Shown here in pieces: positions 26,330 to 27,005 of a stretch of DNA of 27,005 nt (its first letter is position 1; the number at the start of each line of letters is the position of its first letter). A program made the position numbers and the translations under genes. Source of the stretch: a virus. Lineage: Duplodnaviria > Caudoviricetes. Where the stretch lies: positions 1 to 27,005 of the IMG/VR virus record IMGVR_UViG_3300030103_003430; one strand, written 5' to 3'. The notes under the pieces are model-generated. The model was given only the letters and a program-made list of their open reading frames with translations. It did no database searches and was not told where the DNA came from.

Positions 26330-27005
26330 CTAAGATTTTTTAATTATATTTTGCACTCTTTCTTTTCTCTGTGGACTTACGGATGTTTCTTCAGATTCTT
26401 TTTGTGCTTTACTTAAATTTTTCTTTTCATCTGTTTCCATTCTTTTTGTTAAAAATATTTGTTTATTCTTAACATTGTGTGCAACATCAGTTGTTTCTCT
26501 AGCTAAATCATCTTTCATATCTGCTATTTTAAGATCTGTTTCTGATTGTATTCTAGCAACTTCAACTTTAGCTTGGTTTTTAATTTGTTCAAGCTGTACT
26601 TGTCTTTCAAACTCAGCTTGTGATGCGGCTTGTTGTGCCTCCATCATAGCTTGTTGTTGTTGTGCCTGTCCAGCTTGTTCTTTCTTAATCTCTTCCATGG
26701 CACGTTCAAGTATATGTTCTGCTTCTGTAAAGGTATCTGCTTTTATTACTTTTATAATATCAAGTAATGTAGCCTGTCCACCTTGTAGAGCAGCTTGTGC
26801 AATGCCTTGTAGTTGCTGACGCATAGCATCATCTTTACCAGAGTCTCCAATAAATATACCATAGTCTTGTAATGAAACATCTGGCATAATAGATAAAAAT
26901 TTATAAGCACCATCAGCTAATATGTATGATGACTTTTTACCATTAGCCCAGGATACTTTCATAAGGTTACAAACTTTTTCAAAAACTCTTTTTTTAACTT
27001 GTGAA
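26330..27005 (-). CDS. Portal protein, C-terminal part (5'-truncated by the window)
   Basis: The frame stays open to the window edge (SQVKKRVFEKVCNLMKVSW...). DYGIFIGDS, LQGIAQAALQGG...LLDIIKVI and a Gln-rich coiled-coil barrel are typical of crAss/P22-like portals. Lies upstream of scaffold and MCP. Confidence 0.8.
   Translation of the reverse strand, partial: SQVKKRVFEKVCNLMKVSWANGKKSSYILADGAYKFLSIMPDVSLQDYGIFIGDSGKDDAMRQQLQGIAQAALQGGQATLLDIIKVIKADTFTEAEHILERAMEEIKKEQAGQAQQQQAMMEAQQAASQAEFERQVQLEQIKNQAKVEVARIQSETDLKIADMKDDLARETTDVAHNVKNKQIFLTKRMETDEKKNLSKAQKESEETSVSPQRKERVQNIIKKS

Noticed and set aside
9553-26819. Remaining short plus-strand ORFs in the track (9553, 9760, 19401, 19997, 22297, 23737, 24351, 25615, 26475)
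   Set aside because: All lie opposite well-supported minus-strand genes and show mirror-codon composition.
26330-26962. Stand-alone 210-aa protein
   Set aside because: The frame remains open to the window edge, so this is the C-terminus of the portal.
1-27005. Stop-codon reassignment (TAG or TGA) as in some gut crAss phages
   Set aside because: Long genes are uninterrupted in code 11, and TAG ends three genes (22350, 25249, 26330) at sensible boundaries.
1-27005. Introns, inteins, homing endonucleases, DGR repeats, tRNAs, CRISPR arrays
   Set aside because: I saw no split genes, no evident intein termini, no long direct repeats and no cloverleaf in the short intergenic gaps. This was by eye only; tRNAscan/Infernal and a self dot-plot would be decisive.

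Overview
This is an AT-rich, densely coding segment of a crAss-like (Crassvirales-type) podovirus genome. It probably infects Bacteroidota, since the genes lack Shine-Dalgarno sites and carry TAnnTTTG promoter boxes. All credible genes are on the minus strand and form the virion module. Read right to left they are: portal (C-terminal part), acidic scaffold-like protein, major capsid protein, two small head-accessory proteins, a 67-aa basic ORF, a conserved post-capsid protein, two tail ring proteins, an IHF/HU-like protein, a small beta-rich virion protein, the tail tubular/ring protein, a 1940-aa muzzle/tail-stabilisation protein and four cargo/ejection proteins. A final giant ORF (6093 to <1, >2031 aa) is missing from the supplied track because it runs off the window. 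It joins a glycine-zipper ejection-type region, a HExxH zincin and the first motifs of a crAss-type virion RNA polymerase. Notable points are this polyprotein, two hairpin + TAnnTTTG-N4-ATG cassettes that predict leaderless mRNAs, an apparently catalytically dead T4-lysozyme-like cargo domain, a sheath-like domain inserted in a ring protein, a duplicated FDPxAF motif in the scaffold and a chain of TAATG-coupled genes. All family calls come from motif recall and synteny, not database searches. No tRNA, CRISPR array, intron or stop-codon recoding was seen.
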